In this document: piece after piece, positions 24,524-37,519 of the stretch | Numbering within the stretch: the stretch's first letter is position 1 | Layout of the letters: every line of letters starts with the position of its first letter | Source: Pristiophorus japonicus | Taxonomy: Eukaryota | Reading direction: 5' to 3' | Assembly (NCBI RefSeq): GCF_044704955.1 | Contig: NC_091990.1 | Location: 30,256,001-30,320,000 of the forward strand | Length of the DNA stretch: 64,000 nucleotides | The notes under the pieces: model-generated | Database searches by the model: none | Seen by the model: the letters and a program-made list of their open reading frames with translations, nothing else | Told to the model about the DNA's origin: nothing | Program-made: the position numbers and the translations under genes

Positions 24524-24584
24524 CCAAAGAAGATAAATGCATTTTGGAAGAAGACCGCTATACCAGGGTAAACATCAGACCTTT
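24524..24584 (-). CDS. TMEM50A: TMEM50A coding exon 5
   Basis: ctttag|AA...GG|gtaagt; 61 nt; QRSDVYPGIAVFFQNAFIFFG. Confidence 0.95.
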
Positions 24585-25718
24585 CTAAAGAAGGAAAAGA
24601 AAATCAAAAATCATTTTTATTAGCTGAAAAAAATACTGAAACACAGAACCAACAAAAACTTGCATTTATATAGCGCCTACAACTTGAATAGACACAATTG
24701 CGTTCAAAACGGAGGGATATTTTTCCAAGTCATTGATACGTAGACACTGATATCCCAACAGATGCTTTAGTAGATTTATTTGGCGTTAAATGTTTGTGTT
24801 ATGGATGGTGGCAACTTTAAAGAAAAGGATTTGCATTGACAACACTTTTCACATCCTCATGATGTCCCAAAGCACTTGAAGCACACAAATTACTTCAGAA
24901 ATTAAGTCCCTGTTGTGTAGGCAAACGTTTACAACAAAGGTCCTACAAATGAGATCAGTTAATCCACTTTGGTGGTGATGGTTGAAGAAGAAATGTTGGG
25001 CAAGACACTGAGCCAAGATGACACTTGTTCAAATACACAAGAAAAGCTACCTCTACTGGAGTGATAAACTGTGTATTTGGGACTGCAAGGAACTCTAGAA
25101 TTCATCTGCATACCAAGACTGAGTTTGGGTAAAAATCATGTTTCCCCCTCTTCAAAAAGTTACCATGAAGACAGGCAAGAGAAATCATTAGTGGCTTTGC
25201 ACTCAGTCAAAATTGCAGCTCAACTAGATTGGGTGATGAACATGACAACGGTGAAGATTTTTTTCTTGCACTGACTGGAAAAAAAATCAATTTTTTGGGA
25301 ACAGGATATACAATTTCAAATCCCTGTAATGTACTGTAACTACTGTTTCTCCACCCCCAGCCACCAAGTGCAATTAAAAAAAATCATGCAGGTATTGCTG
25401 AACTGTGCAGTATTCAGCAAGTACATACACCGATACAAAGTCCAATCTTAACTCAGCCTGAGGTTTAACCCCAAAATGTATGAAAAAAAACAAAAATTAA
25501 TTAGCCACAGTTCTCTGTGATTACAAACAACTCGTGATCAATCTATGTGCTCTTACTTTCTTTTTAATCTTTAGGAGGCATTGACAGAGAAGTGACCCAA
25601 TGACTCGACAAAAGCGAGCAATAAATCACACCTAATTATCTGTGTTTCAGTATCAGTCAGGCATGGGACTCAATAAGTGAGTTTTCAAACAGCAGATTAG
25701 AGGAATTACTTGCAATCA

Positions 25719-25886
<168 letters not shown>

Positions 25887-26575
25887 TTAAAATATACAGC
25901 AGCAACTTTTTAATAATGCAGTCTTCAGGAATCTTTCAAAAAGTATGGTACAACCAGATGGGCGTTATAGACAGGATTCTCTATTAATAAAGTCATAAAC
26001 AACACGAGTTATATAACATTGTGACAAGCTCTTTTATCAATCATACTTGCCACACAGTACCTTTCAACTATGACGAAAGGACAAGCAAAGTGTTTTCAAT
26101 GGAAGAACAGGTTGCAGATATAATGACTTTCCGGAGCCAGTTAGGCAAACTAGTGGATAAGCAAATGCATAACTGAGACACATTGCCCTCTGGCTGCTAC
26201 AAAGGTGAGCAGATCCACAAGCATGTCCTCCATTAGGTGGCAGAACTCAAATTTCAAATAAAGATGGACAGGGTACAGATGCAGCACACTCTTCATTGGT
26301 TACAAAAGTGGGGAAGAAAAACATTGATATTTTTTATATAAATTTAAAAGTTGATGAATGTTATTTATGTATTTAGATTCTCATTTGTCTGTTTGTAAAC
26401 TGCGTATGTTAAAGCAGTTTTGAAACAAATGATTCAGACAGAGTTTGATTAAAGGGAATCGTAACCCATACAATCAGAATAGAAACAAAATGGCAAAAGG
26501 CCCAGAAAAAACAGAATTAGAACAGAATTTAACCAGAATCAGCCTCATACAGATAGTAGACTTCACCTTATGTTA

Positions 26576-26695
<120 letters not shown>

Positions 26696-26919
26696 TCATT
26701 AGGATTAGAATAAGATTGAGAATTCATGCATGTGAAACAAGTCAACAATTTAGTACTGTTTCCCTTTGGCAGACTAGGAAAGACGAGTGCATAATTTTAA
26801 AACATTACATACAAGTGCAACTCACGTTTCATACATGTTGTGCAAGCATATCACTGAGTACTGAGGAAATGCAGCCCTTCTGCATCCCTGTGGAATTGTG
26901 CTGTTGGGGCAAGGGGACT

Positions 26920-27620
26920 TAGGCACAGCTGCCAATGGTGGGGTGAAGGGAGTAGGCAAATATGGACGATGTCAGAGGTGGAAGTAGGCAGTCCTGGTGA
27001 TGCAGAGGATAGATGCTAAAGTCAGGGTCAGATAGGACACCAAGGTTTCAAACAGTCCGATTCAGCCCAGGACAGTGGCCAAGGATGGAGATGGAATCGG
27101 TGGCTTTTGTGGCCGGGGCTGCAGACAATGGCTTCAGTTTTTCCAATGTTTAATTGAAGGGAGTTTCGGCCCATCGAGGACTGAATGTCGGACAACCAAT
27201 TTGACAAAGAGGCAGTGGAGAGTTTGAGTGAGGTGATGGGGAGGTACAGCTGGACATTGTTAGTGTACATCAGGAACCTGAAGTTATGTCTTCGGACTGA
27301 GGTCGCCGAGGGACAACATGTAGATGAGAAATAGGCAGGGGCCAAGGATAGATCCTTGAGGGACTCGAGGAAAACAGTACAGAAAGGCTATTGTAGGAGA
27401 TTCTCTGGCTATGACTGGGTGAGAGGAGTGGTACCAAGTGAGGGCCACTCAGCTAACAACAGAGAGGCAAGGCATTAGAGGAGGATAGTGTGGTCAACTG
27501 GCTGCAGAATAGTCAAAAAGGATGAGGAAGGAGAGTGCACAATGTCACACAGGATGTTATTTGTGACTATTAGAACCATTGCAGTTCTGGGGGCGGAAAC
27601 CTGATATGGAGAGATTCAAA
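26920..27620 (-). mobile_element. Degenerate L2-clade LINE RT fragment
   Basis: MYTNNVQLYL (degenerate YADDTQLY) ... LSDIQSSMGRNSLQLNIGKTEAIV. A further L2-like fragment lies at about 32490-33080. Confidence 0.7.
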
Positions 27621-27659
27621 CATAGTTATACAAAGATAGGTATGGATTTGGGAGATGAC

Positions 27660-28425
27660 AAAAAACACGAAGGCAGAACATTATCTGAATGGTGGCAGAT
27701 TAGGAAAAGGGAAGGTGCAACGAGACCTGGGTGTCATGGTTCATCAGTCATTGAAAGTTGGTATACAGGTACAGCAGGTGGTGAAGGCAAATGGTATGTT
27801 GGCCTTCATAGCTAGGGAATTTGAGTATAGGAGCAGGGAGGTCTTACTGCAGTTGTACAGGGCCTTGGTGAGGCCTCACCTGGAATATTGTGTTCAGTTT
27901 TGGTTTCCTAATCTGAGGAAGGACGTTCTTGCTATTGAGGGAGTGCAGCGAAGGTTCACCAGACTGATTCCAGGGATGGCTGGACTGACATGAGGAGAGA
28001 CTGGATCAACTGGGCCTTTATACACTGGAGTTTAGAAGGATGAGAGGGGATCTCATAGAAACATCTAAGATTCTGATGGGACGGGACAGGTTAGATGCAG
28101 GAAGAATGTTCCCGATGTTGGGGGAAGTCCAGAACCAGGGAACACGGTCTTAGGATAAGGGGTAGGCCATTTAGGACTGAGATGAGGAGAAACTTCTTCA
28201 CTCAGAGAGTTGTTAACCTGTGGAATTCCCTGCCGCAGAGATTCGTTGATGCCAGTCATTGGATATATTCAAGAGGGAGTTAGTTATGGCCCTTACGGCT
28301 AAAGGGATCAAGGGGTATGGAGAGAAAGCGGGAAAGGGGTACGGAGGCGAATGATCACATTGAATAGTGGTGCAGACTCGAAGGGCTGAATGGTCTACTC
28401 CTGCATCTATTTTCTATGTTTCTAT
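27660..28425 (+). mobile_element. 5'-truncated CR1 in a TMEM50A intron
   Basis: YLNGGRLGKG...[11 protein letters not shown]...; TTTCTATG tail. Confidence 0.9.
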
Positions 28426-28475
28426 GACAACACGTTCAAGGACTGGAATGTCACTATAAATCTAATTTCTACTTA

Positions 28476-28589
<114 letters not shown>

Positions 28590-29489
28590 CTAAAGATACA
28601 AAGTGCTTCAAAATTCCATAAGTGGATGGTTAAGTAAAATTTAGTATTCATTTTCTCTAATTCACATGATTGGAAAATTCCCAAGTACAAATAAAAATAT
28701 CTTGGGGGAAAAACAAAGTTAGCAGATAAGGCACAACAAAAATAGTTCACCCATAGAGAGTAAACCCACACAGACAGAAACTCCAGATTCAATCCCACAG
28801 CTGCATCATTAGCTGCTCTAAGCCAAGGCATCAGTAGCACTGTTACAATTTGCCTCAGTCCCAGTCCCCTAGATTGGGATAAGCAGACTGGATTCCTGCT
28901 CTTGATCATAATAGATACCTTTACATGTAGTAGCTATGTACAGTTTTTGGTTGAGGAGGAGATAGGCTTGGCTATGACAATCCCATGGTCAAACAGTCTG
29001 CTGACACTCAAGGCTCACATACGAATATTAGCTTGAGTGACGTACCAGAGGATACCCAGTATCTATGCAATCAAATCAGCAAAGTGTTAATTCTTCAGGA
29101 GAGAAAAAGAGGGACGACATTTTAGAGGGTGGAAGAGAAGGGGAAAAACAAATGATTTATTTATGTATGTAGTATAGAAGTGATTAGGCTTCAAGTAATA
29201 TTCAACATACTGGACTCAACTAACTCAGCACACACTTCATATTTAGTGCTCCACTCAAATGTTTAGATGCTGTACCAACACAATAATGTACGTAACTTCA
29301 GTGATAATGATGCTACTCAATCATGGAACACAACAGAATAATTTAAACAGCGTTAGGAGGATTAACTAGGCGAATTCTGAGTGCAACATGCTCTAGAGCT
29401 TGGTTAGTGTCAGGTATTAGTGCTTCTGCAATTACATACAAATCTTGTACCTACTCTATTCCAAATCATCACTTCTATAATGATAATTA

Positions 29490-30325
<836 letters not shown>

Positions 30326-30419
30326 AACTTGATAAAGTAATTTTGCTAAAGTGCTTAATCAAAATATAATTAGGTTTGAGGGAGAAGAGAGAGTCACAAA
30401 CCAAGGTTTTAAATTTAAG

Positions 30420-32140
30420 TACCGGTACAACAAACTTTGAAGGGATGAGACACAGATTGACCGCAGTAAATTGGACTGGACTGTTAATGGGTAAACCTAT
30501 AGATAAACAGCAAAAAGTCTAAGTATTTGGTATGGTACAAAACCAGTATATACCCTGAATGCCAAAAACTCCACTTGTGCAGTTAAATCAACCATGGTCA
30601 ACAAATGAGGGAAGAGAAATCAAAAAAGGCTTACACAAATGCAAGGAAAAAGTAGAAGAGCAGACAGAGAGCTATAAAAAGCAACAATGGTATACATAAA
30701 AGATGCACAAAAGATGCAAGAGGTGCATAAAGGAATATGAAAAAAATTGCTAAGTATATCAAAGCTAACAGCAAAAGATTTCATAAATATATTGAAATAG
30801 TGTGGTAAAGAGAATTATGGGCCCATTAAATTTGGATGCAGGCATGACTATAATGGATGAGTAGAAAATGGCAGACCTTTTTAAAAAAAAAAAGAGTACT
30901 TTGTAAACATTTCCAGTGTGCAGGAAGGGGACAAGTTACCGGCAGCACAAGTGAACCTAAAAATAAGTCAAGATGAGGAACTAATGGATTTAATACAAGT
31001 TAAAAAATGATAATGGAGAAAATGATTTGTCTACCTCGAATCCAATCTCCATTAACCTGATGGTCTCTGTCCCAGGGCATTAAAAAAAAAAGGTGAGGAG
31101 ATTGCAAATGCATTAGTCAGTTTTCCAAAGCTCTCCAGATTCAGGAATCGTGCTTTTGGATTGGAAAATTCCAAATGTCACTCCATTATACAAGAGATGG
31201 TGAGAGAAATCAGGTAACTACAGACCTGTCAGTTTAGCATTAATTATGGGGAGTTATTAGAATCTATCATCAGAGACAGAGTGACTGTGCACTTGGATAA
31301 GTATCAGTGGATCAAACAGAATCAACATGAATTTGTGGAGGTTAGATCATGTCTGGCTAATCTAGTTGATTTTTGAGGAGATTACTAGTATGGTTAGAGG
31401 AGTGTCTGTATGGACTTCCAGAAGGAATTGTTACAGTTCCACACAAGAGACTATCAGCAAAAATATCACATGGAATTGGAGGCAACCTTGTAGTATGGGT
31501 TGGTAATTGGTTGCAAGGTAGGAAACAGAGTTGGGATAACGGGTTCATTCTCTGATTGATGAGATGCAATCACATAGGGATTCGTACTGGGGTCTCATCT
31601 TATGCAGGTATATTAATGACTTGAATGAAGGGAGAGTGCGCTGTATATCCAATTTTCAGATGACATTAAAGAGATGTTGCAAGATATGTGGATTGGAGGA
31701 AGTTATAAAGGGACATTGACAGATTAAGCAAGTGGGCAAAACTATGGCAGATGAAATTCAGTGTGGGGAAGTGGGAGGTCATCCCCTTCGAATCAGAGAA
31801 GCACAAATCAGCATATTTTCATAATGGTCAAACACTAGGAGCTGTGGAGAAATAAAGGGATTTAGGTGTCTATGTACACAAATCACAAAGCCAATGCACA
31901 GATCCAAAGAGGCTAATGAAATGATGGTCTTTATCTTGTGGATTAGAATTTTTAAAAGTTTCAGTTGTACAGAGCTTTGGTCACACCCACTGGAGTAGTG
32001 TGTTCAATTTTGGGCACTGAACCACTAAAATGATAAGTATTTGATCGGGTAGTTACAGAGAAACTATTTCTTTTGTTGGGAGAATCCAGAACAAAGAGGG
32101 CATAATCTTTGAAGTGAAATCAGAAAGTATTTTTCACCCA
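30420..32140 (+). mobile_element. Highly degenerate CR1 body
   Basis: Recognisable remnants (ggtaactacagacctgtcagtttagca = GNYRPVSL; VPHKRL; FSDDIK) with many stops and indels. Confidence 0.7.
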
Positions 32141-33909
32141 CAAAGAACTTGCATAGAAAGTGCCTTATTCACATCTTTAGGGCATCAAGTGCCAATGAAT
32201 GCTTTTTGAAGTGTAGTTACTGTTGTTAAATAGGCAATCACCAGTAATAAGAGTCAGCATCCAAGTTACACACAGCAAGATTCAACAAACATCAAAGTAG
32301 GGGTTGATCAGTCAGTCAGTCAGTGTGGGGCAGTGAAACAAAAAATGTGAAGTGGGGAATGTTGGCCAAGACATCAGGGGATTTCTCAACTCATCCAAGT
32401 GGAGCTGAGTCCATGATCAGATCAGCCATGATACTGATGGCAGAACAGGCTCGAGGGGCCATATGGCCTACTCCTGTTCCTATTTCTTATGTTATGAGAT
32501 ATCACAAGGGTGGTCAAATATGTGAGTTTTGAAAAGGGCAGCAAAACAGAGGTGGGGCCAGCAGGTTTGGTGAAGCCCAGAGCCGAAACAACTAAAGGCA
32601 CATTCACCAATGGTGGGGCGCAGGCAGAATACACAAACTGAAAGAATCAGAAGGGTTCCCAGGGAAGGGAAACATTGTAAGGCTGGAGGAGGATACAGAA
32701 ATAGGGAGGGGCAAGACCATGAAGCGCAGGGGAGGGAGGGGGGGGGGGGGGGGTGGTGCAAGATTGCTGAAAGACTGGGAGGCAGTGTAGGTGATCAAGG
32801 ACAGGGGGGGGGGGGGGGGAGAAAGGGGGTGGTGATGCAGGTAGAATACATGCAACAGAGTCTTGGATGAGCTGAAGTTTACAGATAATATAGGATGAGA
32901 GGCCAGGACAGCATTGAAAGTCAAATCTGGAGGGGACAAATGCATGGATCAGGATTTCTGTGACAGGTGAGCTGAGCAGGCAATGAAATCAGAGAATATC
33001 ATAAGCTCCGCTCGGGGTTAAATAGGACACCAATGAGCTGGAGACAATGATCAGAAAGGAATTGGTGGCAGGGGTTTGGGTTTGTGGTGACAAAGGCTAG
33101 AGATAAACGTGATAGTAAATTAGAGAGCACAATGCTCAAACAGGAAATCAACTAGTTCAAATTATAAAAATGTAATAATGAATGCTTTCAATGCAGTAAT
33201 ATCAGCATTATTCATCAGTTTGGTGTTACTGAAGGGGCAACAACAATTAAGACATACCAGCATATTTTAAAAAGGTAGTCACTGCACTCAAAATAAATAC
33301 CAGTTCCTTCCACTTTAGAATAGATATTCCAGAACACAGTAAAATACATACAAATCTTAAGTTAACTAAATAACCCAAATCATTAATACAATCAACAAAA
33401 AAAATGAATACCATTTGCTTAAATCATGAGCGGCAACTTCTTGTCAGTTATATGAAAAAATGATCCATTAGATAAATTAATGTTAGCTAAATTATTAGGA
33501 GGATGCAAAGCAGTCAGAGGATTTTACTGAGACGAGTCGGGAAAGTGAGTGAGTAGGCCTTGCAGTGCTCTCGGGATTTATAGTCCTGCAGGATTAGCAC
33601 TCGGTTGTGAGTGGCTGGAAGCCCGTGCTCCAAAACACGACACTCCCTATGCAAATAGCGCTGGCTGTGCGCATGCTCATTGCGCCCAGACTTCCACACA
33701 CAGCTGCGACAATGTCTTTAATTAGATAACAACCGCCCAGTCCACCTTCATTCACAACGGCAACGACGCCCGAAGACTGCACATCGTGAAAGAAAACATC
33801 CGAAATAAAATCGTTAAACCTTAAAACGAACAAAACCGAGAAATTAAAGACAATCCATACTTGCTTATCCACCGATTAAAAACGCTCACAAACAATGCTC
33901 GCTCTTCTC

Positions 33910-34290
33910 TCAGCAGCGAACCCTAACGCGCATGCCTATTAAGGCCCGGAATATCACGTGACTCCTGACGTCACGTCCAATGACGCATCCTTTAAAAAAT
34001 ATATAAACGACGCCTGATGATCTTGCGGCGCATGCGCTTCAGCAGCCAAGTGCGAGTGCGCATGCCTATTAGGGCATGAATCATCATGTGATCCGTGACG
34101 TCACGTCGAATGACGTAATCCTTTTAAAAAAACTGTAAAAATGCTCCAGGTGACCTTACGGCGCTTGCGCGTCAGCAGTGAAGTGGCAACGCGCATGCCT
34201 ATTCCATCAAATGGCCTGGCCCATCAAGTGACGTCACGACGATTGACGCCTTCAACAAAGGACCAAGTGACCTTACGACGCATGTGCACA
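33910..34290. promoter_or_regulatory. CpG-rich promoter built from three ~130-bp tandem units with NRF1 and CRE motifs; probably bidirectional (TMEM50A / SNRPC)
   Basis: GCGCATGCCTATT at 33928, 34058 and 34191; TGACGTCA at 33966, 34096 and 34229; perfect GCGCATGCGC at 34028; TCACGTGAC E-box near 33954. Lies between two divergently oriented genes. Confidence 0.8.
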
Positions 34291-34324
34291 ACACCACCAA
34301 CAGCAGCAGCGCCGCGCCGACAAA

Positions 34325-34810
34325 ATGCCGAAGTATTACTGCGATTACTGTGATACTTACCTCACACACGACTCCCCGTCTGTCCGCAAAACGCACTGCG
34401 AGGGCCGTAAGCACAAAGAGAACGTCAAGGACTATTACCAGAAATGGATGGAGGAGCAGGCCCAAAGCCTGATCGACAAAACGACAGCCGCTTTCCGCCA
34501 GGGTAAAATCCCTCCCACCGCGCCGTTCCCGGCGCCGGCCGGCCCGCCTCCCGCCGGGGCCGCCATCCCTCCGCCGCCGGGCAATGTCGGCGTGCCGCCG
34601 CCGCGCCCCGCCATCTTGCCGGGGCCGCCGATGGGAGGGCCGCCCATGATGCCGATGATGGGCCCGGCGCCGCCCGGGATGATGCTGGTGGGCCACGGGA
34701 TGAGACCGCCGATCGGAGGCCCGATGCCCATGATGCCGGGCCCGATGATGGGGCCGCACCGGCCGATGATGGTGCCGTCCAGGCCGGGATTGATCCGGTC
34801 GGGCAGATGA
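34325..34810 (+). CDS. SNRPC: U1 snRNP protein C (U1-C), intact intronless ORF, 161 aa; probable retrogene
   Basis: [57 protein letters not shown] (matrin-type zinc finger) plus the Pro/Gly/Met-rich tail; one continuous ORF; Kozak-like AAAATG. Confidence 0.96.
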   Translation: MPKYYCDYCDTYLTHDSPSVRKTHCEGRKHKENVKDYYQKWMEEQAQSLIDKTTAAFRQGKIPPTAPFPAPAGPPPAGAAIPPPPGNVGVPPPRPAILPGPPMGGPPMMPMMGPAPPGMMLVGHGMRPPIGGPMPMMPGPMMGPHRPMMVPSRPGLIRSGR

Positions 34811-35538
34811 GCAGTGCCGTGAGGGAGTTTATTCAGTGCAGTTTTCCCGTACCCCCTGAAGCCAAGGCAGTCGGAGGGCAGCGTCGCCGTGTGAAGATCA
34901 GATTTGTAACCGTCTTTTGTTGTCAATTGCGGCATTGCATCTCCACCGCCATCTTTATTGCCACCAGCCCGCTGCGGGTATTACCAGCGCATTTCTGGCT
35001 TGTAACCCAGCGATTTATTGTAGTCTTCATTAGTGCAACTTTCACCTTTTGTAAATGCCCGGTTGAGAGCGAGGGTTTCACTGATTCTGGAATTCTACAG
35101 CTTTTGCAGAAAACAGACGGCTTGCGTAACATTTTTCTGTTTTTTTAATATATATGCCCCATGTGTTTAGCAGATGAACGGCAATCTGGCTTTCTAATTG
35201 TCCATTCATTTCTGGTCTTCCTGTGCCACATGCCATTCCTTGGCCGGAAAGAGGATGGCTGGTTGGAAATCCTCGAGTTCCCATACAGTTCTAAATTTTG
35301 TTTCTTATCCACTAAATCAAAGATTCGCGGCTGTGGCTGACCCATTTGACTGTGCAAATGCATTTAGTCATAAAATATTGGATTAAATTGTATGTGGATG
35401 TTCTTATTTCTTTCTCCATAATGGTTTTGAGTAACTGAACCAACCAGCTGAAAAACTTAACTTGGAAGTGCACTGATATTAAACGTAACAATTTGTTTAG
35501 TTGCATTCTTTTGCAATTAATTTAGTGGAAATCTCTAT

Positions 35539-35544
35539 AATAAA
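35539..35544 (+). terminator. Candidate polyadenylation signal of SNRPC
   Basis: AATAAA about 730 nt after the stop, followed by a T/GT-rich tract; a second AATAAA near 35590. Confidence 0.5.
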
Positions 35545-36716
35545 CTTCATACTTTGGACAGACCTGGTTTCTTTTGCTGTCTTATAAAAAATAAAATGAA
35601 GCTGTTATTTTGGACCTGAAACGTGGTGTAAAGAAACAGAAATAATTGTTCATCTCAGATACTGTATTAATAGGTGAGTTGATTGCCCAAAAGTGGAAGG
35701 AATTTGTAAATGGGATTATCTCATTTTGAGAGAAGCTTATTGTGCAATTTTAGACTAGTTTCTTGTACAAATGTTGTCAAATTATCTAATTGGGGATGTG
35801 ATTATGCTAGAGCTGTTGATTTGTGTGTATTTATAAGAGAATGAGGGTTGCCCTATGTAGATTATATTCTATATTCTAACATACTTATTGTATATAATTA
35901 AAAGAAATGAGACAGGACAGTTTTATTCCACCAAAAGCGTTTAAGACACAGCAGTATTGCGTAACTCCTGCTGTCAAAAGTGAAGCTATATAGAATAGAA
36001 TGTTTCTAACCTATCTTGTGTCTGTCTCAAACCTTTCCACTACAAGTGCCACATTCTGCCTTTGCTGCAATGACATAAAACCAGCATTTCTGCACCAGCG
36101 TGCTATTTGCTATTTTCCCACTCCAATAAGTAAGGTCTCCAGTGTTAGCATTCATTCCTCGAGTCAGAAAATCAAGGGTTCAGAGACTTCAGCATATAAT
36201 TTAACCTAACATTTTAATACTGCTGTCTAAGGTGTGTTCTTTTGGATGAGATGATAAACTGAGTTTGTCTCCTCGAGTTGTAAAAGATCCCATGAAATAT
36301 TTGAAGAGGAGTATCCCTTGGCTAATCTCACCAAAACATTATCTGGTCATGTATCTTTGCTGTTTTGGCTGCTGTACTTCCCTACATTACAAGCGAATAC
36401 GCTTCAAAGTACTTCAGTTGGCTGTGACGTGTTTTGAGATTGTGAAATGTGCTTTTTTTTTAATATTCATTCACGGAATGTAGGCGTTACTGGCGAGGTC
36501 AGCATTTATTGCCCTAATTCCCCATGAGAAGCTGGTTTGGAGCCACCTTATGCAACTGAGTGGCTGGTGAGCCTTTTCAGAGGGCAGTTAAGAGTCAACC
36601 ACATTGCTGTGGGTCTGGAGTCACACATAGGCCAGACTGGGTAAGGACGGCAGATTTCCTTCCCTAAAGGACATTAGTGAACCAGATGGGTTTTTACGAC
36701 AATCCTGTAGTTTTAT

Positions 36717-37519
36717 GGGCCCAAGTTTCCGATATTCGCTAGAACAGTGCACCTCTGAGAGGCCTGCCTATTTTGTGGAATGAAAGGCGCACCAAAAACT
36801 TACCTTGCAATTCTCAGAGTGCAGCAGGCCTGTTCAGCAATCGGCGCAACACAGCACAACAGCGGGGAGGCGGAGCTACAGCCCTGGGCCAAAAAGAGTG
36901 CCGGCAGCTGCGCACATGTGCAGTGGAGTCTGCGCGTGTGTGCGCAGTAGCTCCTGGCCCCCAGGTTCTGTGTGCGTGTGCTACTGGCTGTGTGGGAGGG
37001 GCCTGAAGCATGCAGCTCCTAGCCCTTGCTCCTGGAGCGGACAGAGTGCCAATTTCCAGTCTGCAGCACCAGTCCCTAGCCCTGGTCGGGCTCTCGGTGC
37101 TCCCGAACGGGTAGGTGAAGTGGGAACTTTTTATTTATTGATTTATCATTTATTATTGATGGTTATTTTTAAAAGTGAAGTGTTTAATGCTTTGGAAAAT
37201 CCCCTAACTTCTCCCTTTAAACCCCCCCCCCGCCCCCCAAAACAAAATCTCTGGCTTACCTGCGCCTAATTCTAAAGTGTACGCAAGGTTTTTCTGAGCG
37301 TACAAAAGTCAACAATTAGTCCATTCTAAGTTAGTTTGGAGTAACTTTTCGGTGCCTAAACTTGCAAAACAGGCATAAGTGGCTGGTATTGCCCCCTTTT
37401 GGGGAAAAAAACGAAACTAACTCACTAGAACTGGAGCAAACTAAATGCCGAGAATTGCAATTTCTAAGATACTCCAAATTAAACCAAAAAAAATAGGAGC
37501 AACTCCATCTGAAACTTGG
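36717..37519. mobile_element. MITE-like DNA element (PIF/Harbinger-like termini)
   Basis: Starts GGGCCCAAGTTTC and ends GAAACTTGG (inverted termini, right end clipped); non-coding. The flanks join as ...ttttatgg|tcaccattact. Confidence 0.55.

Noticed and set aside
33500-33900. Exact position of TMEM50A non-coding exon 1
   Set aside because: A possible donor (CAA|gtatgg near 33860 on -) exists but is weak and cannot be fixed without transcript data.
33910-34290. Regularly spaced repeats as a CRISPR-like array
   Set aside because: Vertebrate context; whole ~130-bp units are homologous (diverged tandem duplication); no cas genes.
34199-34935. Long antisense ORFs (186 aa and 166 aa) over SNRPC
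   Set aside because: Shadow frames of a very GC-rich Pro/Gly coding sequence; low complexity and no recognisable domain.
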